Part shown: in pieces, positions 27,420-40,289 of the stretch | Layout: the number at the start of each line of letters is the position of its first letter | How positions within the stretch are numbered: position 1 is the first letter of the stretch | Assembly (NCBI RefSeq): GCF_009914755.1 | Contig: NC_060934.1 | DNA: 64,000 bases | Origin: the human T2T-CHM13v2.0 reference genome, Homo sapiens | Reading direction: 5' to 3' (one strand) | Program-made: the position numbers and the translations under genes | Notes under the pieces: model-generated | The model's database searches: none | What the model saw: only the letters and a program-made list of their open reading frames with translations | What the model was told of the DNA's origin: nothing

Positions 27420-27610
27420 AAATTTGTGAGCCGACCAAACCGGATTTGAATTCTCTTTCTGAAAATAAGTAATTATGTGAGTCACTCATTCTCTGAGCTT
27501 GAGTTTCTGCATCCGTAAACTAAGGATGATATGTGAGTTTTGCTTGTTTCCCTAAGACAAGTTATGCAAACTGATAAGAGCAGAGTAGACCCTTAGTTAA
27601 TGTGTTTCCT
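27420..27610 (+). mobile_element. MIR
   Basis: ggatttgaattct...agtcactcattctctgagcttgagtttctgcatccgtaaactaaggatgata. Confidence 0.6.
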
Positions 27611-28386
27611 TTTTTAGTAGTTCTTAATTCTTCAATTTCCATAAGAATTTAGATTAAAAGATGTAGTTTTGCTCAGATGATGCCAAAATCATATGTGCAT
27701 CTTTTTAAAACTGATTATCAAATATAATTATGTAGTCAGTGAATTAAGCAAGAATAAAAACGACAGTGAAACAAATACAGTTTCCTTCATGTAAAAATGT
27801 GTGTAGAGTTTCTTTCATGTAAAATGTTAATTTTCCTGGAATGCCAGATTGCGAAACTCCTTATTCAGATGTCTTTTAGAAAAATGCAATACCCCAAGAG
27901 ACCGCCATTTTCTTTAGTAAGTTCCCATTTTTCTGCTGCTGTTTGTGATTCCTGGGCCGCTAAGTTAGTGTTTTATAAGCCTTTGCCTTGGCTCTTCCTT
28001 GTTTCAATCCTCTAAACCTGTCAAAAATAACTTAACCTGCTTTATTGTTCCCATAAATTCATATGTAACTAGTAGCTAAATCCAATTTGTATCAATCTGC
28101 CTTTCTTTGTAGCGTATTCTAAATCTCCCAGCATGTTTCCCAAAAGTAGAATCCTATTAACACCAAATAACCAGCTCTGTATTTTATTCAATAGTTATTA
28201 TAGACCTTCCAGTGTCACAGTGCAGAAAGGAGCCTGATCTCACCACTGATATATTACAGCAAGAATTCCCAAACTCATTACTCTGAGTGTGTGAGAGCAT
28301 GCGCTGTGGAGGTCCAGAGTGTTTTATAGATGTTTATATACATACTGCCTTTGCTTCAAATTTAGATTATTCCCAACACCACTTAA

Positions 28387-28897
<511 letters not shown>

Positions 28898-29805
28898 TTG
28901 TAATTGAACATTAAGTGTCACAAAATAATATGAAAGTTGAAAAAAATATTTTAATTGAGGTATATGATTTGACTTATTTGACTGATGTGACCTCAAGGGA
29001 ATACCATATTTGACATACAGTATAGATGAAAGTAGTTGCATGTGACCATCCAATTTACATTAAAGGGACATCAAATGCATAATCTAACAGTCTGAGTTCT
29101 GCTTTGCATATTATCTAATGAGCTTGACAATGTTTATTCAATAAGAGAGTTTCAGGTTGGATTAGCCAATACTCTTAACTATAGAATGCTTAAAAACAAA
29201 ACTGTTATTACTTTTGAAAGTATTACAATTTAGACTCTTGAATTTATTACAACTTAAACTCTCATGTTTATTGCAACATAAAATGTATGTTTTAATAGTA
29301 TTATTATAAATATATTTTGCATTATGTTTTGGCAGATATATTGTCATATTTAATTAGCATAAGAATTGTGCCATGAAGACATTATTCTTATAAATTTAGG
29401 ACCTTCAGAAAGCTGTGTTTCCTATTAAACTATTTAATCTTTTTATCATGTTGTTTAATTTTAAAATATCAAATTAAATTTAGTTATCAAATACTAAGTT
29501 TTACAGGTAGTCAGTAGGAAGACCAAATTCTGCCCATCTTCTGTCTGACTTATAAAATCAAAATTCCCAAAATATGAATTAATCATTATTTAATCACAAA
29601 ACTATAAATTCAGAAAAATAGATATTTTACGCTATTAATATTTTGGATGAAATTAAATTACCATGATTATATTAAAAATGTTCCAATACTGATATATAAG
29701 AAGATCAATTTGTCAAAATTGTGAGTTAGCATGAAGTGTATTGTCCCAGGTATAGCTTGCCTTGATACAACTGGAAACAGTAGGAGGAATGTGGTTTCAA
29801 CAAAC

Positions 29806-29980
29806 TGTGTTTGCGTCCATTGCTGCATCACACATCACCACACACTTACCACTTAAAGCAGCAGCCACTTACTAAGCCACAGAGTTCAGATACCCAGGGG
29901 CTCAACTGGGTTCCCTGCTCAGGATCTGACAAGGCAAAATCAGCCTGGTCAGCTGATCTAGCCTCACATGTGAGGGTTTT
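29806..29980 (-). mobile_element. MLT1-type LTR fragment
   Basis: cattgctgcatcacacatcaccacacacttaccacttaaagcagc...ggctcaactgggttccctgctcaggatctgacaaggc. Confidence 0.65.
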
Positions 29981-30229
29981 GACATTCTCAACATTTGTAA
30001 CATTTCATTACGTGTGACAGATAGAGTCTTGAGTCAATTTGATTTCCACTTATGTCTGTATTTGAAGACATATCCTTACCAATTTTATCAATTTTCTTGC
30101 CATCTCATGATGGTTTCCAAATAAAATATTCATATCCTAAAGGGAATAGTGATAATATAGTTTTGCTTTAGAACAGCACCTACAGTGTACATTCCTGAAC
30201 TGGTAAGTGTTTCATATATGGAGAACAAA

Positions 30230-31080
30230 CTTTGATAAGAACTATAGTGGACTTTTCATCAGATATCATGCAAACAAAAATACAGTGATGTGAGATGTTT
30301 AAATAGTTAAGTATTGAAAGAAAATAAAACCTTCAAACTAGAATTTTATGTCCATTGAAATTACCCTTGAAAAATAAAACATGATTTTTTTTCGCAGAAA
30401 AACAAAACCTGAAGGAATCTATCACCAATAACCTCACTTAAATTAACTTTATCTAATTGACATTTATAGAATATTTCATCCACCAAAACATAATACACAT
30501 CCTTCCAAGCTCACATGGAACATATACCAAGATAGATAGACCACGTTATGAGTCACAGCACTCAACTAAACAAATGTAAAATAATATAAAGCTTACAAAG
30601 TATATGCTCAAATCATAATAAAATTAACCTAGAGATCAGTAACAGAAATATAGACATAAAATATTTAAATATTAGGAAACTAAACAACACGCTACTAAGT
30701 AATACTTGGGTCATGAAAAATCTCAAGGTAAATTCTAGAAATATCCAGTCTACATAAAAATGAAATTACTACATATCGAAATTAGTGGAATACAGTTAAA
30801 GCACTGCTTAGAGGAAAATTTATGAAATTAAATGCACACATTTGAAGAGAAGAAAGGCCTAAAATCAAGAAACTAAACATCCACTCTATGGAACTAGAGA
30901 ATGAAGAGAACTGCAACTCTGAATTAAGCAGAAGAAAACAAATATACAAATTAGAGCAGAAATAAGACGGAAAAAAAGTATAATATTGAAAATCAATGAA
31001 AACAAAAGCTGATTCTTTGAAAAGATCAACAAAATTAATAAATCTCCAACCAGAATAATCAACAATAACAGAAAAAAAAT
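30230..31080 (+). mobile_element. Old L1 (L1M) ORF1 end joined to ORF2 endonuclease region
   Basis: gacttttcatcagatatcatgcaa...ctagaattttatgtcca; then ctaattgacatttatagaatatttcatcca...caagctcacatggaacat...ctgattctttgaaaagatcaacaaaatt. Confidence 0.8.
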
Positions 31081-34000
31081 CTCAGCTTCTCTGGATGTTG
31101 GAGTCTCCCCATGCCCAGCTGCTATGTGCTTATAATAAATAGTAGGTGTGCTAATGATTTTGGAAGGAACCCTTAGAACTGTGTATCAGCAGCCTCCCTG
31201 CCTTCCTAGAAAATGTGCAGGGATCGTAAGTCATTTTTTTCTTGGCTTGCCAGGTCACTGTGATGAACAGTAGGTTGTGTAGGGGGCATTTTGAAAGCGA
31301 GGAAGGAAAGGATGGTGGGCTTCTATAGTTTTATCCATTTGGGAGCACTGTGAGCCACACACCCTGTCTTCCCTGGCATTCCTGAGTCCCAGGCGCTCTG
31401 TGTCTCTGCAAGTAAACAATTTCTCTTTTTGCATCTTCTCCTCCTCCACATACTTGCAACCGGTGATGCTCAAATAAGGTCCACAGGTTCACAAACCGTG
31501 AGTTATTGCTCTAGGATGGGATGAGACCGGATATTCAGGGAAACAACTGAGAATTTTCTATAGCAATTTCACAGAGTAATTTTATGTCTATTGGATGTAA
31601 TAGTAAAAATGCTGTTCCTGAGTTTTTATGTCATTTTATTTTTCCACTATTTCCATTTTATTATATTGTACAAAAGTATTGATCTGCAAGAGACTGTAAA
31701 GCAAAAATGAAATAAAACATACATTGAAACAAAACAAAAGTACTCTTTCTCCATGAATACTTTGAGAGGCGTGGCTTCAGTCTAGAATCCTTTACCAACA
31801 TCTTCATCTACAGAAATTGGTTTACATCCTACATATGTTTGATGCTTACCTTCTTTTCCTTGTGTTAGGTTTATGTTTAAACATAGTTCAATCTGCCTTC
31901 CTGAACCAGCAATTCAATTATTATCTGTGTGTGTGTGTGTGTGGTGGTGGTGGTGGTTAGAATTTTAGAAACATTTCTTTTTATTCAGTGTGTCTAACAA
32001 CAGTAGCATTTGTATAAATTTGTCATTAGAAAGAGCTTGGATTCCAGAAAACTGCAGCAAAGCATTCGGTATAAAGAAACAGTAAATAGGATTGCAGTGA
32101 TGAGCTGCCAATTCTCTCTATGTTCTAGGACATAAGTCTGAGTGTCTGGAATCTGCAACAATGTTAAAGCCTGGCTCTTCACTGTGGTGCAGTAGCTGAT
32201 ACATCTTTTAATACTTCAGTTTTCCAGCTCCTGAATTTCTAGCTCCATTTCCCTTTCCCCATCACTTGTTAATGTAAGCATATCAAAACTCCCATCTTCT
32301 TGCTGAAAACTTCCATAATCATACTTGCACCAAAGATTCCAACAAATACAGGTGTATATCATTAGTTATTTTATGTAAGTATATTCTAGCTAGAATTTAA
32401 ATATTTCAGGAGAGAGATGCTTGTGTATGTTTTTTTTTTCATATCTTGAATGGAGTGAATGTCTGAACATATTCACTCATTGAGCCAGAATAACAAGATT
32501 GAACATTCATTTAGCAGTGCAGTGACCTCAGTTCCATGAATTCTATCACTATAAATTGATGAGATCATTCTACTTCACAAAACTTTTTTTCTCATCCACA
32601 AAATGGAGGTATTGAAATATTAACTGGTACTACTAAAATTAAAATTCTCTTTTGCAACAAATTAAAAAATATTACACTAATCATATACTTTGTTTGTGGG
32701 AGTGGGAGAGGTAGTCTTGGTTCTTATTTTACTAATAATATATTTCACCTTATCAATGAATCAGTGAGCTGTAACTGCTAAGGTGCAAACCAGGCCACAT
32801 GCTTCCGTGTGACCTTGGACAAACTTTATCTTTGCTTGCAAAGCAGAACTGCGGCCATGGTCAGGCTTTTGAAAGAAGGACAGCAGGAGGCAGAAGACAT
32901 CGGAACTCGGCGTTCCTATTTCCATATCAATACCGAGGCTCTTTCAATGATAAGGAACTTCAAATTAATGCTGGGGTCAGGAATCTAATATCCTATAGAA
33001 AGTTCTGCATAAATCTTATTTAACTCAATCAATATTACATAATATCAAAGTTTAAAAAGTTAGTTAATAGCTTTCTGAAATGTTCCCAACTGAATTTAGG
33101 GAGATAACGGGTGACAAAGGATGGGAGGTAGAGAGAGAGAGAGTCAGGAGGAGGAAGGGCCCCTTAGGGAGAACATAGCTTGTGATTCAAAATATTTCTT
33201 TTAAAATACAATTTAGGATGGAGAAAAAAATCTTTCTTATGTAAAAAATATATTTATATACATAGATATATTTGTCTGTATATGTATAATTAAGAGTTTG
33301 TATTTTAATTTTCTTAGAATAATAACCTATAAATTCAGATTAATTGAAGAAGAGAATAGAATCATTGAACATGTGAGTTAGATAATTTTTCAAAGATCTG
33401 TAATATTATCATATATGAAATTAAGACATGATAAAATAAAAGGTTTTCCTAATTCCTAATTTTTAGACAAGCTTTAATAAAGAGATAAGAATGATAAGTA
33501 ATTAACACACCACTATTTTTACATAAATAGAGCTTTCTAAGTGCTTCTACAAACAGTTGTTTTCTTTATTTAGGTAAGTGTATTAATATAGTCTTGTTTA
33601 TATCATTAATTCTCAGAGTAAAATCTTTATTCACACATGGAAAAACAGCAATAACCTCCGAGTTTGAATTTCTGAGTTAACTCTATATCGGAATTTAGAA
33701 ATCAAAATTAATAAGAATTTATCACATTAACATTTGCTAATTACATCATGGATGCCCATCTTTCATTTAAAATATGCTTATGAGAATGTAATTGCAAAGA
33801 AATAATGATTTCTGGATCATAAAATGCCAGGCTAAGTTACCTGAAATCTTCCTGTAGCTTTTAAATACCCCCAGATAAAACATTTTTAATGTTCAGATGA
33901 GCACAAAAGACAAAGGAAGAAATCCCTAATGTTTCATAAGTAAAGGTGAAATGCTGCAGATGCTCTGAGAGGGAAAGTTACCTGGATGGACAGGGTAGAT

Positions 34001-34164
34001 GGCTGGGAATATAAATTCAAGGGCTGGTGTTTTATTGTCTGAGGGACAAGAACAGAGCCCTGGGGCCAGAGGGAGAACTATGCTTGGCACAGAAGAGCCA
34101 CTCCATATATATTGATATTCCTGAAGATGTGGTGGTGGGATTGGAACTGAAGCCCAAGACCCTA

Positions 34165-34633
34165 TGAGGTAGGAGGCAGGACTTGACTCTGGAGGTGGGG
34201 CTGGGACACTGGACCAAATTGAGGACTAGCTAGAACAGGTCCCAGATGAAGCAGCTTTCTGTAAAACACACCACCAGGGTGCCATGTCAGTTTACCATTG
34301 CCATGGCAACACCGGAAAGTTATCACCTGCTTCCATGGACACAACTCTGCTACTAGGGTCCTAGACATTTCTCATAGCCCGCCCTTTGATTTGAGTATAG
34401 GTAAAAGTGGGCATAAATATGAGTGCAGACCCACCTCTGAGCTGCTCTCTGGACAAACTGCCTGTGGGGCAGCCCTGCTCTGCCAGGAGTGGGACCTCCG
34501 CTGAGGCTGAGCACAGCCGCATCAGTCAAAGCTCCTGTTGAACACCATTGCCTCGCCTTTGAATTCTTTTTGGGGCTAAGCCAAGAACACTCAGGACTAA
34601 GCCTCAATCTGAGGGCTGGGCTGTCCTGCAGTA
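34165..34633 (+). mobile_element. ERV1 solo LTR (MER66-like)
   Basis: tgaggtaggaggcaggacttgactc...ggaccaaattgaggactagct...gccatgtcagtttaccattgccatggcaacacc...gaattctt...aagccaagaac...ctgtcctgcagta; 4-bp flanks ccta/cctg. Confidence 0.8.
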
Positions 34634-35288
34634 CCTGTATTAACCCAGGACTATAGAAGGCTATACTTTCAGCAAAATGGTGACAGGGAAAAACGCATCT
34701 CCATATCAATACAGGAGTCCAACAAGTAAGTGTGTCTGACTGCCTAGGCTCTGAGAGAAAATAAATAAAAAAATAGTAAACTGCTTTTAAGAAAATCACA
34801 GTCTTGAACTTCCCTCAAGGGGAGAATTCTAAATATGTATCGTTGTGAGGCAAGACTCCTATTAATATAAAAAATTAGCAGTGGGCAATGCACCTAACAA
34901 AACAGATGCAAAATGCAAAACCTGCCTGGGTTCTCATAACCCGCCCTTTGATTTGCATATAGGTAAATTCTAAATTCTAAATAGGTAAATTACCTAAATT
35001 CCCATGGGATTTACATGGAAAAAACACCTAACTCGGTGAAGAGGAACCCTATGAAAACAACTATAAAGTGCAAAACAGAGGGTAAAAGTCATCCTGTAAC
35101 GACAATTCTAAACAGTGCTAAAGCGTTTCATGAGAGTGGCCTGGGCGTCCTCCCACCACAGCCGCTGTGCGCAGCGGAGCAGAGGGAAGGAGAACCCGGG
35201 CAGAGCTGCACACCTGCTGCGGGAGGGGCTGCGTCTCGCACTTCTTCTGTCCGGGGAGGCGCCTTGCTCTGACCTTCCTCCTCAAAAC

Positions 35289-35585
35289 ACGGGCGCGGTG
35301 GCTCACGCCTGTAATCCCAGCCCTTTGGGAGGCCGAGGTGGGTGGATCACGAGGTCAGGAGATCGAGACCATCCTGGCGAACACGGTGAAACCCCGTCTC
35401 TACTGAAAATACAATTAGCCGGGCGTGGTGGCGGGAGCCTGTAGTCCCAGCTCCTCGGGAGGCTGAGGAAGGAAAATGGCCGAACCCGGGAGGCGGAGCT
35501 TGCAGTGAGCCGAGATCGCGCCACTGCAGTCCGGCCTGGGCAAAATAGCGAGACTCCGCCTCAAAAACAAAACAAAACAAAAAAA
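35289..35585 (+). mobile_element. AluY, CpG-retaining
   Basis: AluY diagnostics; (AAAAC)n tail; TSD aaaacacg. Confidence 0.95.
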
Positions 35586-36021
35586 CACGCAAGTGGAATT
35601 CCAGAAAAGTCACCACGTCTGCACAATGAGAAGTCCAGGGTCTCCTGCCATTGTCAACATCTGCTGGCCTCTCAGTTTCGCTGACTCGCCCCTGGTGCCG
35701 GTGTGAGCAGACAGGCTCCAGAGCTGGAGCAAGATGTCCATGGGACAGTCACGGAGTGACCTGGGCTGTTTCCACATGACCAAGCAGAGATTTCCCATGA
35801 ACCAGGAGACCTGAACCACGTTGCTGGAACCAGCATGTAACGAAGGAGCCTGTAGTGAGTGAGCTTCCAACCACAGAGGGGAGGCTGGAGCTGAGAGGAA
35901 CTGGGAGCCATGGCGCCCCCAGCAGACCCACCAGTTACGGAATTGTGCAGTGAGAGGCTCCTGAGTGGGCCTGCAGAACTCACCCGTGACCTCCTGAGGG
36001 CCACAAAGACGTGCCACTGAT

Positions 36022-36080
36022 GGAGAGACTCAACAGGATTAGGTGCGGGAGAGATTCAACAGGATTAGGTGCGGTAGAGA
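36022..36080. repeat. 26-bp tandem duplication (about 2.3 copies)
   Basis: ggagaga(c/t)tcaacaggattaggtgcg x2 plus gtagagac. Confidence 0.9.
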
Positions 36081-37716
36081 CGCGTGTCACTGTCCACTCC
36101 GCTGCTCTCCATCTCAGCACACCCAGAAGGTAAGCCAGAGAAAACAGCAGCAGAAATGAAAGAGCATGCTACCTATAAAATACATACAACTCTTTTAGGT
36201 GGTAATACAACAAAATACCTCTTAAAAATGACTGTGTATGTCAATATAAAAAGAATTCCTAAGAAAAGAACAGAACATTTGGGAAAACGATGAATTTCAA
36301 AATAACAAAACAGAGTTTCTAGAAATAAGTAGTAATCAGTGCTGAGTTTGAAAACTCATTGAATGCCAGTGTTCAGGGCAGATCGTAGAAACTAAGATTT
36401 TAAACACAAAGGAATTGAATATTGGAAATTAGATGCTTAGGAATGGGCAGGATAACTGCAGGATGAGAAGGAGAGAACACTGATCACTTCATTCATTCAT
36501 CCCAAGCTCACTGCATTTGGAATTACTGAGATGTAGGCATGAAACATGATGTGTTTGCTGTACCACGGTCCCTGGTAATTAAACTACTGCTACAATCACG
36601 GTGATCTTTCTATTTTAAAAGCTGGTAACTAGACATAGGAAATTAATCCAGACAGAATATAATAATTGTACTTAGACCTCCAAACTTCCTTCCATTTGGA
36701 ACAAAAGTTGGTGCCCTGCACTTCACTTCTGCTTGCTAAATCTTACATCATAATTTCACCCCGGTACAACTTAAATCTAGAAGTCTGATTGCAAAATAAT
36801 ACTGGTAATATGGAATTGAGCTTTCCACTACTCTGGGGAAAATTACACATTTAAAGTTATGGTCTATTGACTCAAATATGAAAAACCAAAATGGGATCAT
36901 GTATCTACAGTAGAGCTTAAAGAGAACTTAATAAGAAATTTATAGTAGATTCATAATCATTAACTATGGGCTTTTTAAAAAGAATTTTTTCTTTACTTTG
37001 CTATTCTTTTCTTTTCTTTCTCATTCTTTTCTTTCCATTTTCAAAGTCAATAAAAGGACCAAGAGAAAATTTCCCATGAAAAATACATGTTTTTATTCTT
37101 TAGTTCAATTCTGCTCCTAAAATGTATAAAAGCCAATAGGATTCAGGAAGAAGAGAGGAAACACAATGAGTTCTGATTGTTTAACAAGAAGTTATTCTAG
37201 CAAAGAAGATAAGAAGAAGAAACTTCAAGTCACCAATGAGGGTAAATCTCCCAAATCACTGGAGAGCTCAGGTTTTAGAAGAATAAGTCAGAAAAGTGAA
37301 CAAGGAGGTTACTCAATCAAGGGCAGTTTCAGAGAGTGGTGCAAACCTGTAAGGTGTGTCAGAAAGACTAATGAATTACATCAAATTAAAACCCAGAAAG
37401 AGCTGATGCTTGCAAAAAGCATTGATAATGACCCAAGTGTGATTTTTAAAAAGGAACTAAAGCTTTTAAAGAGACAATAAAAAGAAAAAGAAAGGAAAAA
37501 GTGATTCCATTTATTGGGTTTTATATAACTTAACTGAATGGGCAAAATTGCTTAATAGAATATGAAGTTTATGTATCTTTTTCTACAACCAATATTCTTT
37601 TAGTTACCCAAACAATAAAACAATATTGTAGGTGTGACATGGATTTGAGTTCATGATGTCATGCTCTAAGCTTTATATGACCTGAATCAAGCTGGTTAAC
37701 TTCTCTACCTCACCTT

Positions 37717-37727
37717 TATAGATAGAT

Positions 37728-37766
<39 letters not shown>

Positions 37767-37779
37767 GATAGATAGATAG
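37717..37779. repeat. (GATA)n tetranucleotide STR
   Basis: About 14 units with two GAT interruptions. Confidence 0.95.
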
Positions 37780-37930
37780 CTGGTTTTTTTTCATGGTTAT
37801 TCCAAGAGGTTGTTGTAAAAAAATGAAATATTGGTAAAAATAAACAACGTATGATTATCAATACTATCCTGCTCTCATCTTTATGTAGAAGAATGTTCTT
37901 TAGGTTTTTCACAGTAGACCTTACATTATT

Positions 37931-38238
<308 letters not shown>

Positions 38239-39329
38239 AGACCTTACGTTATTAAAGGGATACTGAATTCCAGCTTAGATGAAGAGATAGAGAAAAAGTA
38301 ATAATTTAAATTAATGTAGATTTAATATATTCTTATAACACTAAAAAGATACAGATAATACTAGAGAAATAATTTTAATGATCAATTTAAAATCGTGTAA
38401 AATGGAAAACAAAAATATATATATTCTGATTTTCAAAGGGCAGAAGTAGAGTTGACCACATGAACTCTAAATGATGAGAATGATCATTTAGAACTTTAAA
38501 TTAACTTTGATCAGAATATTTCTGAAACTATATTAAGAGGCATGGGGAAAAAGCAACAAATAATCATTATTGTATCGCAGGAAAATAATCACCCTATCCT
38601 AAAGTCACCTTACTTTTTAGTAGAATGTCTAGACTGAAGTACAAGAAAATTCTGTAGACATTGAGTACATTATTTGTTTTCTGTATAAAAATGTATTGTA
38701 CATTTATAGGCAACTGGGGAAAAATGTGCCTATATTTAAGCAAAGTATTCTATGTTAGAACACAGTTGGCCAGAATTTCAGTGAATAAAACATTTTTAAG
38801 TGGAGTATAGGTTTCCATGGGGAGGGCTACAGTGAAGTCTTTGATCCAAGCCTGCTCTGCGTTCAGACAACCTTGATAACATTATTGTAAGATTGGTTTT
38901 TAGATCAAATATGAGAGTTATAAGAAGTATGTTAAATATTTTGAATACTGTATTATCTTAATAATTTTAAGTATTCTGATTAAAAGCATAAAAGATATCT
39001 GTATGGGGAGAAATTTGGGATTCATTTCCCATACTGAAAATAATTATCACTTAAATTGAGAGCAAAATGATAAAGATGCTTAAATAACTCAGACCTTCTC
39101 TGAGAATATTACTAAAGGAAAGGCTGTAGCAAGAAGCACTGTGTGAGGTTCAATAAGTAATGACAAGAATAAAAGTCTAGTTTATTATCACAACATGTAA
39201 GTAATTATTTATTATTTGATAAGTGATTGTTGGAAAATATATATTTATAGCAATATTGTCTCATGAAGAAAGAACATTTTTGTAAAAGACTTAGAACATT
39301 TAAAGAAGCAAAGGTAGTAGAAATTTGTT

Positions 39330-39720
39330 AGTTTTTGGCCATGAAACATGGATACCAGATTCCGAAAACAATCTAAGTTTAGGAAGGTTAAAAACAAAGC
39401 TGAGTACCTGGAGATACATGCCACCTTCAATGGAAGATTCAATTTTGTAAAATATCCATTTTCTTGATTTTTTTAAATCCAAAATATTTCCTCATTTACT
39501 CCCAATCAAGCCCTTATCATTAAGGGACTTGACAAGCTGCTTCTAAAATTAATATAGAGGAATAAATGTGCACAGACACCATAATATACAACAAATATAA
39601 CAAATAGTTGAGATTCATCCTAACAGATATCACAGTACAGTATAAGAAAAATTTTTTTTAATTAAAGGGGGTAGTATTTGTTTGGAACAGACAAATAGAT
39701 CAGCAGATCTATTTAGAACA
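39330..39720 (+). mobile_element. L1ME-like ORF2 fragment
   Basis: ggaagattcaattttgtaaa...acttgacaagctgcttctaaaattaatatagagg...aacagacaaatagatcag. Confidence 0.65.
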
Positions 39721-39844
39721 TGAAAATGTGTTTTCCCTTCTTGGTATCAGTAAGACTTTAGTAAATCTCCAGTCTGCTAAACTCTAATAAAATAATTTCC
39801 CTTCATGAAAATTTAGTATTTAGTATGCCTTAGAAATTTTTAAA

Positions 39845-40140
39845 AGCTGAATAAGTTGTACTTGGTAACAAGAACTGAGGTAAACAGGCCTTTAGCACAA
39901 GGTTTTGTGTTAATCTGACTAGGGGTGAGGCTGTGCTTACTTCTTGCCATAGCTGTATGTGTTACAGGCTAAAATTCCCTATGATATCCTTGTTTATGGC
40001 TCCTCCGTTGCCTTTGGGTATCCCTAGAGACTTCTTCTTAAATAATGTCTGAGACATGCCGTTTTGTCAGTCATGTCTCCTACTATTTTAGAGAGCCTTG
40101 CTGAAGTGGAGGTGAGGAGTTAGGAGGGAGACACATTTCA
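39845..40140 (-). mobile_element. L1MC-like 5' region fragment (antisense)
   Basis: gaactgaggtaaacaggcctttag...tccctagagacttcttcttaaata. Confidence 0.55.
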
Positions 40141-40289
40141 CATTTAATGTTTACTCAGCTTTAACAAATTTCTAAGGCATACTAAAAGACAAACACACAC
40201 ACACGACCATAAGTTGAAGAGACACAGTAAACCTCAAAAGAAGACTGAGACATGATATGTTAGAATTCCTGGTCAGACCAGGAATCACA

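Larger units (their letters stand above)
35110..36130. promoter_or_regulatory. CpG-rich, GC-rich island including an AluY; possible promoter
   Basis: Dense CpGs in non-Alu flanks (gccgctgtgcgcagcgg, ctgcgtctcgc) against an AT-rich background; ends at donor AAG|GTAAGC (36130). Confidence 0.45.
34700..36450 (+). mobile_element. HAL1-like fragments (about 34700-35090 and 36135-36450) split by a CpG-rich insert
   Basis: cagatgcaaaatgcaaaacctgcctgg...ggtgaagaggaaccc; then cagcagcagaa...tttctagaaataag...tttgaaaactcattgaatg. Confidence 0.4.

Noticed and set aside
35683-35930. CTCF-like ctcgcccctggtgcc and gcgcccccagcag
   Set aside because: Register shift or three core mismatches; expected in GC-rich DNA
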